Shown here: positions 11,836 to 23,807 of the stretch, one piece after another
Layout: every line of letters starts with the position of its first letter
Numbering within the stretch: position 1 is the first letter of the stretch
NCBI GenBank assembly: GCA_963828525.1
Contig: CAWHEP010000002.1
Span: forward strand, 384,001-448,000
From: an uncultured Verrucomicrobiae bacterium
Lineage (GTDB): Bacteria > Verrucomicrobiota > Verrucomicrobiia > Chthoniobacterales > Chthoniobacteraceae
DNA: 64,000 nucleotides
Direction of reading: 5' to 3'
Made by a program: the position numbers and the translations under genes
Notes under the pieces: generated by a model
Told to the model about the DNA's origin: nothing
Databases searched by the model: none
Seen by the model: only the letters and a program-made list of their open reading frames with translations

Positions 11836-13580
11836 TTACAGGCGGAATAGAGCACCTATCCGCGCGCCAATCAAGCGGCTTGCCGTTAGAATGGTCAGCC
11901 CCAGGAAAAGCATGGCCCACACGCCAAGGGCGCAGGCGACGAAACGGCCTTCGCCCAAAAGCTGGAAAAGCTCGTAGATGGCCTTGGTGATCGGGTAGTC
12001 GGCCGAGCGCTGGGCGAGGATGAGCGAGTCCGAGACCTCCAGCATGGCGAAGGCAAAGGCGAGCAGGAGGCCCGCCAGGATATTGGCGCTAATCAGCGGG
12101 AGGGTGATCCGCCGGAGAGAGCGCCACGGGGTCGCGCCAAGGCTCTGGGCTGCTTCCTCAAAGGCGGGGCTGGTCTGTTGCAAGCCGGCGGCCACCGAGC
12201 GCACCACGTAGGGCAGGCGGCGAATGCCATAGGCGGCGATGAGCAGCAGCGCGGGATTATGCAGGCCAGGATTAAAGGCGGCGAGGGGGCGGCCCGGCTG
12301 GCTCAAGGCGATGTAGCCGAAGGCCAGCACCAGCCCAGGCACGGCCAGCGGGAGCATGGTGAGCGCATCCAGCACGGCCGCTCCCGGGCCGCGGCGCCGC
12401 ACCAGCACCCAACCGATGGAAACACCGAGAACCAGGTCGAGCAGGGTGGCCGCCCCTGCGTACTTCATGCTGTTGCCGATGGAGGGGATCGTCAGTGAAT
12501 GGCCGAGCGCGGCGGCATAGTGCGCCGCCGTCCAGTGGGCGGGCAGGATCGTGCCGTACCAGTCCTGCGCGAAAGAAAGGAGAATGACGGCGGCGTGCGG
12601 AAGAAGAGCCAGGCGGAGACGCCGGCGAAGGCAAGGGTGCAGCCGGCGGCGGCGAGGCGGCCGGGACGGCGCGTGCGCGCGCCGGTGGTGGCGCGTCCCG
12701 CCATGGCGGCGGGGGCGCGTCCGAGCCAGAAGCGGGTGGCGCCGTAGATGAGCAGCGCGGCGGCGAGGGTAATCGCGACCAGCGCGAACGGCATGGCATT
12801 CCCGCCCACCTCGCGCAGACCGGAGAAGATCTGCACGGGAGTGATGCGGGTGAAATTGAAAATGAGCGGCGCGCCCAGCTCGGTAAAGGCCCAGATGAAG
12901 ACGATGGAGCCGCCGGCGAAACACTCCGGCGCAAGCAGCGGCAGGGTCACCCGCCGGAATTTTCGCCAGCCGGTGCAGCCGAGGTTTTCCGCCGCCTCGT
13001 CCAGCGCCGGGTCGAGATTCGCAAAGGCGGCGGCCAGGTTCAGGTAAAGGATCGGGTAGAGATGGAGCGCATTCAGGATGAGGATGCCGGTGAAGCGGCC
13101 CTGGCCCAGCCAATCGATGGTGCGGGCGCCCGGCAGAATCGCGACGGCGTGCAGAAGCGCATTCACCGCGCCCATCTGCCCGAAAATAGCGCGGATGCCG
13201 ATGGCTCCTACGAAGGGTGGCAGGACCATCGGAACCAGCACCAGGGAGGTGAGCCACGTCTTGCCGGCAAACTCGAAGCGATCGGCGATCCAGGCGAGCG
13301 GGAGCGCCATTGCCATGGCGAGAAGGGTGCTGCCGAGCCCCATGGCCAGCGCGTTGCGGAGACCCTCCAGGTAAATGGGATTGCGCACGGCCTCCAGCAG
13401 GTAGGCGCCGGTGAGGCGCCCGGCCGGGTCGAGAAACGCCCCCGCCACCGTTTCGGCCACTGGCCAGAGGAGAAAAATGGCCAGGAACAAACCCGTCGCC
13501 CCGCACGTGGCTTGCGCAAAGGAGGGAACTTTCAGCCGGCGGCCCATCCTTGCAGGTTGTAGAACCTGCAGCGCCGGCAT
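11836..13580 (-). CDS. ABC transporter permease with two TM modules (FbpB/ThiP-like), one frameshift
   Basis: Two EAA loops (LDEAAENLG, FEEAAQSLGA), PMVLPPFVGA, PLAVPGLVLAFG. Confidence 0.9.
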
Positions 13581-13604
13581 GCCAGCCTGGTCTGAGGCCA
13601 GATC

Positions 13605-14213
13605 TTATCCCGCAGGCCGCGCACGCGAATCGTACAGCTTCCGCAGGCCCAGTTCCAGGCGGGTCTTGATCGTGCCCAGCGGCGTATTCGTGTGGATGGC
13701 GATCTCCCGCTGGCTCATTCCCTTGAAGAAGGCGAGTTCGATGGCCTCCTGCTGGAAAGGAGGCAAGGCATGGATGCGCGCGTGCAGGAAGGCGCGCAGG
13801 TCGTCGCCGAGGATGTCGCCGTCGATGCGATTATGCAGCCACGCCTCCGGCTGCTGCTCAGTCTGGATCTCAAGGCGCTCGGTGGCGCGATGGTAAGCCT
13901 GGCGCTTCCGCAGCCGGTCGATGGCGCGGCGGCGGGTGAGCGTCACAATCCAGCCGAGAGCCTGGCCTTTCTTCGGCGAATAGTTTTTCGCCTGCCGCCA
14001 GATTTGCATGAAGATTTCCTGCAAGAGATCGTCCGCCTCGGCGTCATCATGCACCACGCGGATGATGAGGGCCTTCAGGATGCCGCTGTAGCGGTCGTAA
14101 AGTCTGGCCAGCGCCCGCGAGTCGCAGTTGGCGATTGCCTTCATCAGGCGGGTGTCGTCTTCTTGGGAGGCCAGCGTCTCGGGACTGAAATCAGGCAGGG
14201 TGCAGGTATTCAT
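13605..14213 (-). CDS. ECF RNA polymerase sigma factor (SigK-like)
   Basis: ALARLYDRY, EADDLLQEIFMQIW, RRRAIDRLR, GMSQREIA...PLGTIKTR. Confidence 0.92.
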   Translation of the reverse strand: MNTCTLPDFSPETLASQEDDTRLMKAIANCDSRALARLYDRYSGILKALIIRVVHDDAEADDLLQEIFMQIWRQAKNYSPKKGQALGWIVTLTRRRAIDRLRKRQAYHRATERLEIQTEQQPEAWLHNRIDGDILGDDLRAFLHARIHALPPFQQEAIELAFFKGMSQREIAIHTNTPLGTIKTRLELGLRKLYDSRARPAG

Positions 14214-14347
14214 AGCGCGCGGAGAATCCTGTCTCAAGCGGCGCTTGGGCACAATCAGACCAGTCCCCCAACCGATTCTCATCCAAATGCCCGAGCGTCG
14301 CCTCATCCAGAGGCTGATACGTGTTTTCACCGAGCTTCAGTTGGAGC

Positions 14348-15061
14348 TTAGGTGTCCTGCTGGTCGACCCACTGCACGGCGAAACGCGCCAGCTCCCGGG
14401 CCGTGCCGAAGTTGAGCTTTTCCTTGATGTGCGCGCGATGGGTTTCCACCGTTTTCGCGCTCGAGATGAAGGTCGTGGCGATCTGCTGCACGCCGTGGCC
14501 CTGGCCGATCAATTGCAGCACTTCCAACTCCCGGTCGGTCAGCTTATCCGCGATGGAATTTCCCGGCGCGGCGCCCTGCACGAATTCCTCGATCATGCGT
14601 CCCGACATCGCGGGGCTCACATATAGATCCCCGTGCAGGACCTGGCGGATGGCCGACATAACGCGGTCGAGCGCCTCCTGTTTCATGACGTAGCCGCGCG
14701 CGCCGGCCCGCAGGGAGCGCAGCGCGTAGAGCGATTCATCGTGCATGGAAAGAACCAGCAGCGGCAGCTTGGGGAATTCGGTGCGGATGGACTTGAGCAG
14801 CTCGATGCCGTTGGCGCCCTTCAGCGAAATATCCACCGTGACGAGGTCCGGCTGCAGCTTGCGGATGTTCTCCAGGGCCAGCGGGGCGCTGTCCGCCGAG
14901 CCGCATACTTCCATGTCTGGCTCGGTGTTGATCAGGTCCGCCACCCCGTGGCAAAATAGCGGATGATCGTCCACAATCAGAATCCGATTCTTCGTCCCTG
15001 GGGCAGCAGGCGGGGAAACGGCCGGGGGCGGGGCGCCGTGCTGGGGTAGGAGGGATTTCAT
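14348..15061 (-). CDS. NarL/LuxR-family response regulator
   Basis: ILIVDDHP, VDISLKGANGIEL, LSMHDE, LTDRELEVLQLIGQG, KTVETHRAHIKEKL. Confidence 0.94.
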   Translation of the reverse strand: MKSLLPQHGAPPPAVSPPAAPGTKNRILIVDDHPLFCHGVADLINTEPDMEVCGSADSAPLALENIRKLQPDLVTVDISLKGANGIELLKSIRTEFPKLPLLVLSMHDESLYALRSLRAGARGYVMKQEALDRVMSAIRQVLHGDLYVSPAMSGRMIEEFVQGAAPGNSIADKLTDRELEVLQLIGQGHGVQQIATTFISSAKTVETHRAHIKEKLNFGTARELARFAVQWVDQQDT

Positions 15062-15097
15062 GGGAGGGATGCACACTTACCTAACGGGCGCCGGTTT

Positions 15098-16403
15098 TTA
15101 GCTGGCCGGGTCCGCTATTTCGGCGGCAAAGCCCAGGCGGCTGCGGCCGGCCACGATGGTTCTCACCGCGCGCCCTTTCAGTTGCCAGCCCTGAAACGGG
15201 GAGTTGCGGGAACGGGACTGGAAGCCGGCGGTCTCCACCGTCCATTCCAGGCCGGGGTCGATGACGGTGATATCGCCTGCCGCTCCGGGGGAAAGCGTGC
15301 CGCGATCAAGGCGCAGCAGCCGCGCGGGCTCGACCGTGAAGAGGGCGATGAGGCGCGGCAGATCGATCGCCTTTTTCTGATGCACGAGCAGGTCGAGGAA
15401 AAGCCCCAGCTCCGTTTCCAGACCCACGATGCCGAAGGGCGCCTGATCGAATTCGACTTCCTTTTCGTAGTCGCAATGCGGCGCGTGGTCGCTGCAAAGG
15501 ATGGTGATGGTGCCATCCGCAATGCCGCCGATGAGCAGGTCCGACATCCGCCTGGGTGCGGAGGGGCGGGTTCATCTTGAAGTTCGTGTCGAAGCCCTGG
15601 AGCGATTCATCAGTCAGGGCAATGTGGTGCGGGCAAACCTCGCCGCTGATGGGCACGCCCCGCGCCCGGGCCTCGCGCAGAAGGCGCACGCTCTTGCCGG
15701 AGCTGAGATGCTGGCAGTGGATGGGCGCTTCGCACAATTCCGCGAGCAGGATATTGCGCATGATGATGGCCTCCTCGCCCGCGCTGGGCCAGCCCGGCAG
15801 GCCGAGCACAGTGCTCCAGTAGCCCTCGTGCATCACGCCTTTGCCGACCAGGTTGTAATCCTGGCAATGGTCGAGCAGCGGCAGGCGGAACATGCGTGCG
15901 TACTCCAGCGCGCGGCGCATGAGCTCATGGTTCTGCACGCAGTGGCCATCGTCGGTTAGCGCGACGATGCCGGCGCGCGCCATGGAGCCGATGGGAGCCA
16001 GTTCCTCGCCGGCCAGCCCTTTGGTGATCGCGCCGGTGGTGAAGACATTCACCGCGCCTTCGCGCTCCGCCTTCTCCCGAATCCACGAGACCACGCTCGG
16101 GTTATCCACCGTGGGAGAGGTATTCGGCATGCAGACGACGGAGGTGAATCCGCCCGCGGCCGCCGCGCGTGTGCCGGTGGCGATGGTCTCCTTGGCGGAT
16201 TGCCCGGGCTCGCGCAAGTGGACGTGCAGGTCGATGAGCCCCGGCGCGACGACCAGGCCGCGGCAGTCGATTTCCTCCGCGCCGCTCTCCGGCGGGAGAT
16301 CCGCGGGCGATGCGATGCGGCCGTCGATGACGGCGATGTCGCCGACTTCGTCGCGGCGGTTGGCGGGATCGATGATCCGGCCGTGGCGCGAGGAGCAGGG
16401 GCT

Positions 16404-16407
<4 letters not shown>
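15098..16407 (-). CDS. pyrC: Dihydroorotase (frameshifted)
   Basis: [49 protein letters not shown]; downstream of pyrB. Confidence 0.95.
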
Positions 16408-17988
<1,581 letters not shown>

Positions 17989-18213
17989 CTACGAGGAGGA
18001 GGCGGCGGTCAGCGGGGCATGGCGCTTCTCGCGCCATTTGGAGCGATGCTGCACGATCCAGTCGAGCAGGGCCTTCTCAAAGCCGATGTCGTGGCCGACC
18101 TTTTCGCTCTCGATCCACTTGTGCTTCAGAATCTCTTCGCGCTCCGCCAGAAATTCCTTGTAGAGGACGGAATTTGTAACCAGATCGGAGTTTTCTGGGG
18201 TCGGTTTGTCCAT
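17989..18213 (-). CDS. Small conserved protein, DUF4032-like
   Basis: LYKEFLAEREEILKHKWIESEKVGHDIGFEKALLDW. Confidence 0.8.
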   Translation of the reverse strand: MDKPTPENSDLVTNSVLYKEFLAEREEILKHKWIESEKVGHDIGFEKALLDWIVQHRSKWREKRHAPLTAASSS

Positions 18214-18379
18214 GCGGGTGGGAAAAGTTCCAAAAGTTTACGGCTTGCGTCAATGATTTCTGTGCGGACAGGTCGGGGACCAGTGCCTAAACTAAGACGG
18301 AGCAGCGGGGATTTCATTCAATTCGGAGCTGTGGCCGCTGGCGGTCCCTTTGCTGAAAAGGCCGGAAGCGCGACCGTTT

Positions 18380-19439
18380 TCATCGCATGGTCTGAGCTAC
18401 AGGCAGAAGCTCCCGCAGGGATCGGGCGATGCTGCCAAAGGCGTGCGCGGCGGCGTTCTCCTTGTCCTCCAGGGCGATGGGACGGCCGCAATCTCCCCCC
18501 TCGCGGGTCGGAATATCGATCGGAACCTGGCCGAGCATGGGCACGCCGAGGCGCGCCGCTTCCTTCTCTCCGCCGCCGCGGCCGAAGATGTCGTAGCGCG
18601 CGCCGTCTCCGGGGCAGACGAAATAGCTCATGTTCTCGATGAGGCCGAGCACGGGGACATTGACTCGCGAAAACATGGCGGCGGCCTTGCGGGCATCGAT
18701 CAGGGCCACCTCCTGCGGCGTGGTCACGATGAGGGCGCCGGCCAGGGCGACCGTCTGCACGATGGTGAGCTGGATATCGCCCGTGCCGGGCGGGAGATCG
18801 AGGATGAGGTAGTCGAGCCCGCCCCAGTCCACCTGCCGCAGAAATTGCTGCGTGTACCGGGTGACCATGGGGCCGCGCAGGATGGCCGGCGAGGCGTCGT
18901 CCAGCAGGAAGCCCATGGACATGAGCTTCACCCCGTGGCGGGTAATGGGGATGATGACGTTCTCCTCCGTGGCCATGGGGCGCTCATCGTTCGCGCCAAA
19001 CATGAGGCCGATGCTCGGGCCGTAAAGGTCGCAATCGCACAAGCCCGACCCGCGCGCCGCCGCGGTCCAGCGCCACCGCCAGATTCGCCGCGACGGTGCT
19101 CTTGCCGACGCCGCCCTTGCCGCTCGCAACCGCGATGACGTGCTTAACCCCGGCGATCTCGGTCGCGCCCGCAGGGGCGCTCTGTGCCGGGGCCTGGATA
19201 TCGATCAGCACGCGCGCGGTGGCAATGCCGGGAAGCTGCCGCAGGGCCTGCTCGCTCTCCTCCTTGATGGCCTGCGGAATCTTCGGGTCATTGGTGGCCA
19301 GGGCCATCTGCACCGTGACGGCGCCGCCCTCGATGCGCACCCCTTTCACCAGGCCGAAGGAGACGATATCGCGGCTAAAACCGGGATAGCGGACGGTCTT
19401 GAGAGCTTCGTGAATTTGGGCTTCGGTGAGCGCGGGCAT
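18380..19439 (-). CDS. mrp: Mrp/NBP35 (ApbC) Fe-S cluster carrier ATPase (one frameshift)
   Basis: RDIVSFG, ASGKGGVGKSTVAANLA, DLYGPS, LRGPMV, DLPPGTGDIQLT, ENMSYFVCP. Confidence 0.94.
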
Positions 19440-19736
19440 GAGTGGCGGGACTCTCGTAGGTGGCCGGAGGGTAAGTCAAGCGGGGGAGCGGTAAATCGAG
19501 GCGGAGGCGCCGGCCAGCGGAAATTTGATCGCGGACCTTGATAGAGAATAGAGACACGACAATCTTGATGCGCCCGAGGAATGGCATAACCGTTCGGCCG
19601 GCTTCCCGGCCTCTTTTCTAAGTCAATCGGATTGCGCGAAGCGAAAGAGAAATGTTCTCAAGGCTTGAGTGGCGCTACGACAAATCCTTCCTCAACTCCG
19701 CTTAGAACTTATATCTCTCATTAGATCACACTCAAA

Positions 19737-19753
19737 TCTTCTGGTCTAGAGCC
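19737..19753. repeat. Solo copy of the MITE terminal inverted repeat
   Basis: TCTTCTGGTCTAGAGCC, the exact reverse complement of 19890..19906; no matching partner end found upstream. Confidence 0.65.
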
Positions 19754-19809
19754 ACCGGAAAATACTTCTAAGCGGTCTTTATTGCCGCCTAGTTCCCGTT
19801 TGCGGAAAT

Positions 19810-20424
19810 TTACAGGCGCTCAAGACCAGCTGTTCCGTCCAAAGCAACGTCCACGTCGCCTTTGCCGAATGAAACGAAGTAATACCATTGGCTCTAGACC
19901 AGAAGAATGTCATAAACTCCCCCGCAAGCAGCTCGCGTGCAACGTCTTACCTGTAAGCGGAAGCCAAAAAGCTGTTTCATGTTTCAAAATCCTTCAAAAC
20001 CTTGGTCTGTAGAAGGGTTTTGTAACATGAAACGGATTTTCTTCTGGTCTAAAGCCTACCATTTTTTATAGCGGGTGCCGTAGAGTGCGCGCAGGCTGAT
20101 CCGGGTGACCTTCCAGTCCTGGATTTCCGCGGCGCCCGCAAGGTCCGAGAGCCGCTTTCGCGCCTTGGCGGCGGCCTGCTCCGCCGAAAGAGGGACAGGA
20201 GTCCGGCGTCCAGTCCGGACCGCGCATGATTCACTTCGCGGGAAAGGCTGGTTTCCAGCGTGATGGGCGATGCTTCCCCGATGGTGAAGTTTTCTCCCGG
20301 CGTTCCCGCTTTTTGGAGCAAGGCTGCACCGTCGTCCGCCCTGACTCGGGAACTATTTAGCACAAGAAAAACAATCGCGGACGCGAGCAAGCGGCAAGCC
20401 AGTCTCGGCTGGTTTATTTTTCAT
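19810..20424 (-). pseudogene. Secreted hypothetical protein (W...KWYYxVxF...VALDG domain) interrupted by a MITE
   Basis: Removing 19890..20056 and one TSD copy gives ...WKVTRISLRALYGTRYKKWYYFVSFGKGDVDVALDGTAGLERL*; N-terminal signal-like segment. Confidence 0.7.
19890..20056. mobile_element. 167-bp MITE (non-autonomous IS derivative)
   Basis: TIRs GGCTCTAGACCAGAAGA / TCTTCTGGTCTAAAGCC (16/17); direct repeat TACCATT at 19883..19889 and 20057..20063; no transposase. Confidence 0.85.
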
Positions 20425-20427
20425 GAG

Positions 20428-21768
20428 CTATTCTCCGTTGCCCAGATCTTCAATTTTTCCTGGCTGCCCATTCAACGCGACAAAGATTACAGCATCGTCC
20501 AGATAGGCCTCGCGGAGGGCGGCCGGGAGAAAAACGAGATCTTTAGGATCGAGCGATTTGACTAAATGGACGGAGTAATACCATTTCGTGCCGGGAGGGC
20601 CGAGGGTGAGCAGATCCAACTGGCAAACATGTCCGACGAGGGCGGCGCTTTCCGGCCGAGGATCCTGTTGAGTTCACTCCGAGCCGATTTCGACCGCCTG
20701 CGATTCGGCAAGAGCAGGCGCCCCATCGCCGAACGACCAGTCAGCTTGATGCCTGATGGAATCGACAGGGAGGTTCGACTCGTAGGCATGGCCATTGATC
20801 CGGAAATGCGCCGAGTAGTCGCAGTCTCGCTTTTCCTCGCGCAGGCGAAGCACGCAGGTGGCAGCCGGGAATCTGCCATCCGGAGCCTGAAATCGGACAT
20901 CAACTCCCAGAAGATCGGCTCCCCGATTTGCAAGGCCATTACGCCGTCCGCGCGCGCGAAGATGGAGGGCCAATGCTGCTCGGCCATTTCGGCGGCCTGC
21001 GTCCTTTGCAGCATGGGCGGATCGAGCTTTTCCGGAAGGGTGCTAAAGATCCTGATGGTCTCCCCATAGTGTAACGTCGAGCGTACCCAAAGACAGGAAT
21101 CTTCTAATCCGTTTTTCGCTGACGGGAACGTGATCATCGCCGAGGCCATCCGTTCGATTCACGACGGTGACGACCTCCTCAGGCTTGGGCGGCCGCATCT
21201 TTCCCATGAGAGATGCCTGGACAGTGGTTTTGTAGATACCAGGGTAAAGCTTCAACCAAGGCGCGGAAGTGCCGGCTTCCGGGTCCAAGACCAAGGCAGA
21301 CTCGCCGTTCGATTCGTCGCTCAGGTCGAGGACGCGGTCGTTGATAAGGGTAAAGAACAGGATTTGGTGCTGTTTGGTAACGATGACGCCCTCTGCGCGT
21401 TTAATCTGATTGTAGTAGCTGCGCGGCTGGGGATCATCTCCCGCGCCGGCCCCGTCCCAGTTGATGGATTGTTTCTCGATATCGGCGGGCAAGCTGTAGG
21501 TCGCCGAAAACCCGCAACCGGTCGTCCATCAGTTGCGGTTTTCCGTTTCGCAGGAATTCCATCACGCGCGCCTTGGCCAGTGAAAGGTATAACTGCCCGC
21601 TACCATAGTCGCACATCATCATATTGCTGGAGACGGAGACGACGTCTTCCGGCTGGGGCACCTTAAGGAGATGTTTTTCGCGCCGGGCGCCTGGATTTGC
21701 GCGCGGACAGGTGAGAACGGGAAAAGGCCGAACAGCGTGATCGCGGTAAGGAAGCGTGCGGAGATCAC
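20428..21768 (-). CDS. Secreted multi-domain hypothetical protein (frameshifted) with an internal repeat and a C-terminal KWYY...VALNG domain
   Basis: Signal peptide ...FGLFPFSPVRAQ; ORF pieces 21434-21661, 21043-21492, 20562-21149, 20674-20973 and 20428-20619 join into one protein. Confidence 0.55.
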
Positions 21769-21832
21769 GCCGCAGAATAACCCGCCTGGAGGCCGCCGGC
21801 CAGGCTTCCGGCCAATCTTCCGGCGGCGCAAC

Positions 21833-23236
21833 TCAGTACGTCTTCCGCATGTTGCTGGGCAGGATGCCGAGTTCGGTGCGGTATTTGGCCACCGTGCGGC
21901 GGGCGATGGGAATGCCGCGCTTGCTCAGGATTTCCACGATCTCCTTGTCGCTGAGCGGGCTCCGCTGATTTTCATCCTTGACCAGCGCGCCAATGGATTC
22001 CTTCACGCTCGTGTTGCTCATCGAGGCGCCCTCGGCCGTCTGGTAGCCTGGGGTGAAGAAGTATTTCATCTCGAACACGCCCTGCGGAGTGGAGATGTAT
22101 TTGCCGGAGATGGCGCGGCTCACGGTGGTCTCGTGCACGCCCACGGCCTCGGCGATTTGCACCATGGTCATCGGGCGCAGGGCGGAGCTGCCGAGCTCCA
22201 GGAAGTCCTTTTGCCGCCGCACGATTTCATGCGCGATGTTCGAGATGGTCTGCTGCCGCTGGTGGATGCTCTTGATGAGGAATTTGCCGCTGCGGATTTT
22301 GTCACGGATGTAATCCTTCACCTCCGCGCCGCTGCGCTCCTGGGACATCAAGTCCTTGTAGGTATTGGAGATGCGCAGATGCGGAATCTGGTCGCCGTTC
22401 AGCGTGATCTGGTAGTCGCCGTCGATCGGCTCCACGTTCACGTCGGGCAGCACGTAGTTGTTCGGATCGGGAGTAAAAATCTGGCCCGGTTTTGGGTCGA
22501 GCGTGGCGATGAAATTCGCGCAACGCTGCACCTGCTCCACGGTGGTGCCGAGGCGGCGGGCGATCTCCGGGAAGCGGCGCTTGCCAAGGTCTTCCAGGTG
22601 GCGCTCGACGATCTTGTATTCCAGCGAGCCTTCCTTGCCGATGCGGTGGAGCTGGATGAGCAGGCAATCCCGCAAATCCCGGGCGCCGACGCCGACGGGG
22701 TGAAAAGTCTGGATGGTCTCGAGCACGCGGCGGATTTGCTCAAGGTCGATGCCGGTATTCTGCGCCATTTCCTCCGGGGAAGTCTGGAGGAAGCCGACTT
22801 CGTCGATGTTGCCGATGATCAGCTCGGCGACCTTGCGGTCCGAGCCGGCGAGATCGCCGCTGTGCACCTGCTCGATGAGGTGCTGCTGGAGGGTCTCGTT
22901 GGAGACGATGGAGTCGAAGAAAAACTGGCGGCGCTCCTCGTCCTCCTGGGACTTGGCGGAGTAAGAGGAACTTTGCGCCATGTAATCGCGCCATTCCTCG
23001 TCAAGCTTTGCCAGGCGCTCGAATTCCTCCTGGAATTCCTTGTCCTCCTGCTGGCGGTCCTCGATGGAGGGCTCGGTGATCTCCTCCTCGACCACCGGGT
23101 TGGTCTGGATTTCCTGCTGGATTAGGTTGCGCAACTCCAGCATGGGGGCCTGGAGGATTTGCAGGCTCTGCTGCAGTTGCGGGGCCAAGACCTGCTGCTG
23201 GGAGAGGGATTGGACTTGTTGCATTCCGTGAGCCAT
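21833..23236 (-). CDS. rpoN: RNA polymerase sigma-54 factor
   Basis: Q-rich region I (LAPQLQQSLQILQ), PVGVGARDLRDCL, HETTVSRA, RpoN box ARRTVAKYR. Confidence 0.98.
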   Translation of the reverse strand: MAHGMQQVQSLSQQQVLAPQLQQSLQILQAPMLELRNLIQQEIQTNPVVEEEITEPSIEDRQQEDKEFQEEFERLAKLDEEWRDYMAQSSSYSAKSQEDEERRQFFFDSIVSNETLQQHLIEQVHSGDLAGSDRKVAELIIGNIDEVGFLQTSPEEMAQNTGIDLEQIRRVLETIQTFHPVGVGARDLRDCLLIQLHRIGKEGSLEYKIVERHLEDLGKRRFPEIARRLGTTVEQVQRCANFIATLDPKPGQIFTPDPNNYVLPDVNVEPIDGDYQITLNGDQIPHLRISNTYKDLMSQERSGAEVKDYIRDKIRSGKFLIKSIHQRQQTISNIAHEIVRRQKDFLELGSSALRPMTMVQIAEAVGVHETTVSRAISGKYISTPQGVFEMKYFFTPGYQTAEGASMSNTSVKESIGALVKDENQRSPLSDKEIVEILSKRGIPIARRTVAKYRTELGILPSNMRKTY

Positions 23237-23272
23237 AGGTCGAGATTGTTTAGAGACTGAGAAAAACATACA

Positions 23273-23288
23273 AGCACATTTCGCGCCA
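23273..23288 (-). promoter_or_regulatory. Candidate sigma54 -24/-12 element upstream of rpoN
   Basis: Minus strand TGGCGCGAAATGTGCT (GG-N10-GC). Confidence 0.6.
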
Positions 23289-23297
23289 CGTCATGGA

Positions 23298-23313
23298 TGG
23301 CTTGGAAAATGCT
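23298..23313 (+). promoter_or_regulatory. Candidate sigma54 -24/-12 element for the small-protein pair
   Basis: TGGCTTGGAAAATGCT (GG-N10-GC). Confidence 0.5.
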
Positions 23314-23327
23314 GTATTATCAAAGAT

Positions 23328-23577
23328 ATGCGACATTTCAAACCTCTGCTCTCTGCGCGCTATGTCGTGGGGGTGGCCTTCGCCTCGCACTTTCCCACCG
23401 CCCAGGCCCAGTTGCCCGGCAGCTTCCCTCGATGCCCAGCCGACGGCCGAGGCTCTCAAAGCCGTGCTGGCCCAGCAAAAAACCCTGACGGATAACCAGG
23501 GCAAGATCGACGACAAGCTGGCCGTCATCGCCGAAAACCTGCGCATCGCCCGCATCTACGGCTCGCGCATCAAATAG
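23328..23577 (+). CDS. Small secreted coiled-coil protein (probable frameshift in signal region)
   Basis: MRHFKPLLS... then QQKTLTDNQGKIDDKLAVIAENLRIARIYGSR. Confidence 0.65.
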
Positions 23578-23586
23578 CCTTCTCTC

Positions 23587-23807
23587 ATGAAAACCTTCTC
23601 CTTCCTCCTGCTGTTTGTCCTGTTCGGCCTCTGGCCGGCAATGTTCACTCCCAGGCGCCGGAATTGACCGGCACCGTGCTCACGAACCTCCAGACCCTCG
23701 AAACGGCCAACAAGGCGCTGATCGACCGGCAGCAGAAAACCCTCGATCTGCTCGATCAGCTCCAGCAGACCTCCGAGCAACTGAAGGCCTTCACGAAGCG
23801 GGGCTAG
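23587..23807 (+). CDS. Small secreted coiled-coil protein (one frameshift; absent from the ORF track)
   Basis: MKTFSFLLLFVLFGLWPA... then LQTLETANKALIDRQQKTLDLLDQLQQTSEQLKAFTKRG*. Confidence 0.65.

Noticed and set aside
19737..19906. Retron msr-msd or invertible promoter
   Set aside because: No reverse transcriptase or recombinase in the window; the TSD shows the repeats are transposon-type ends and the interior is a gene tail
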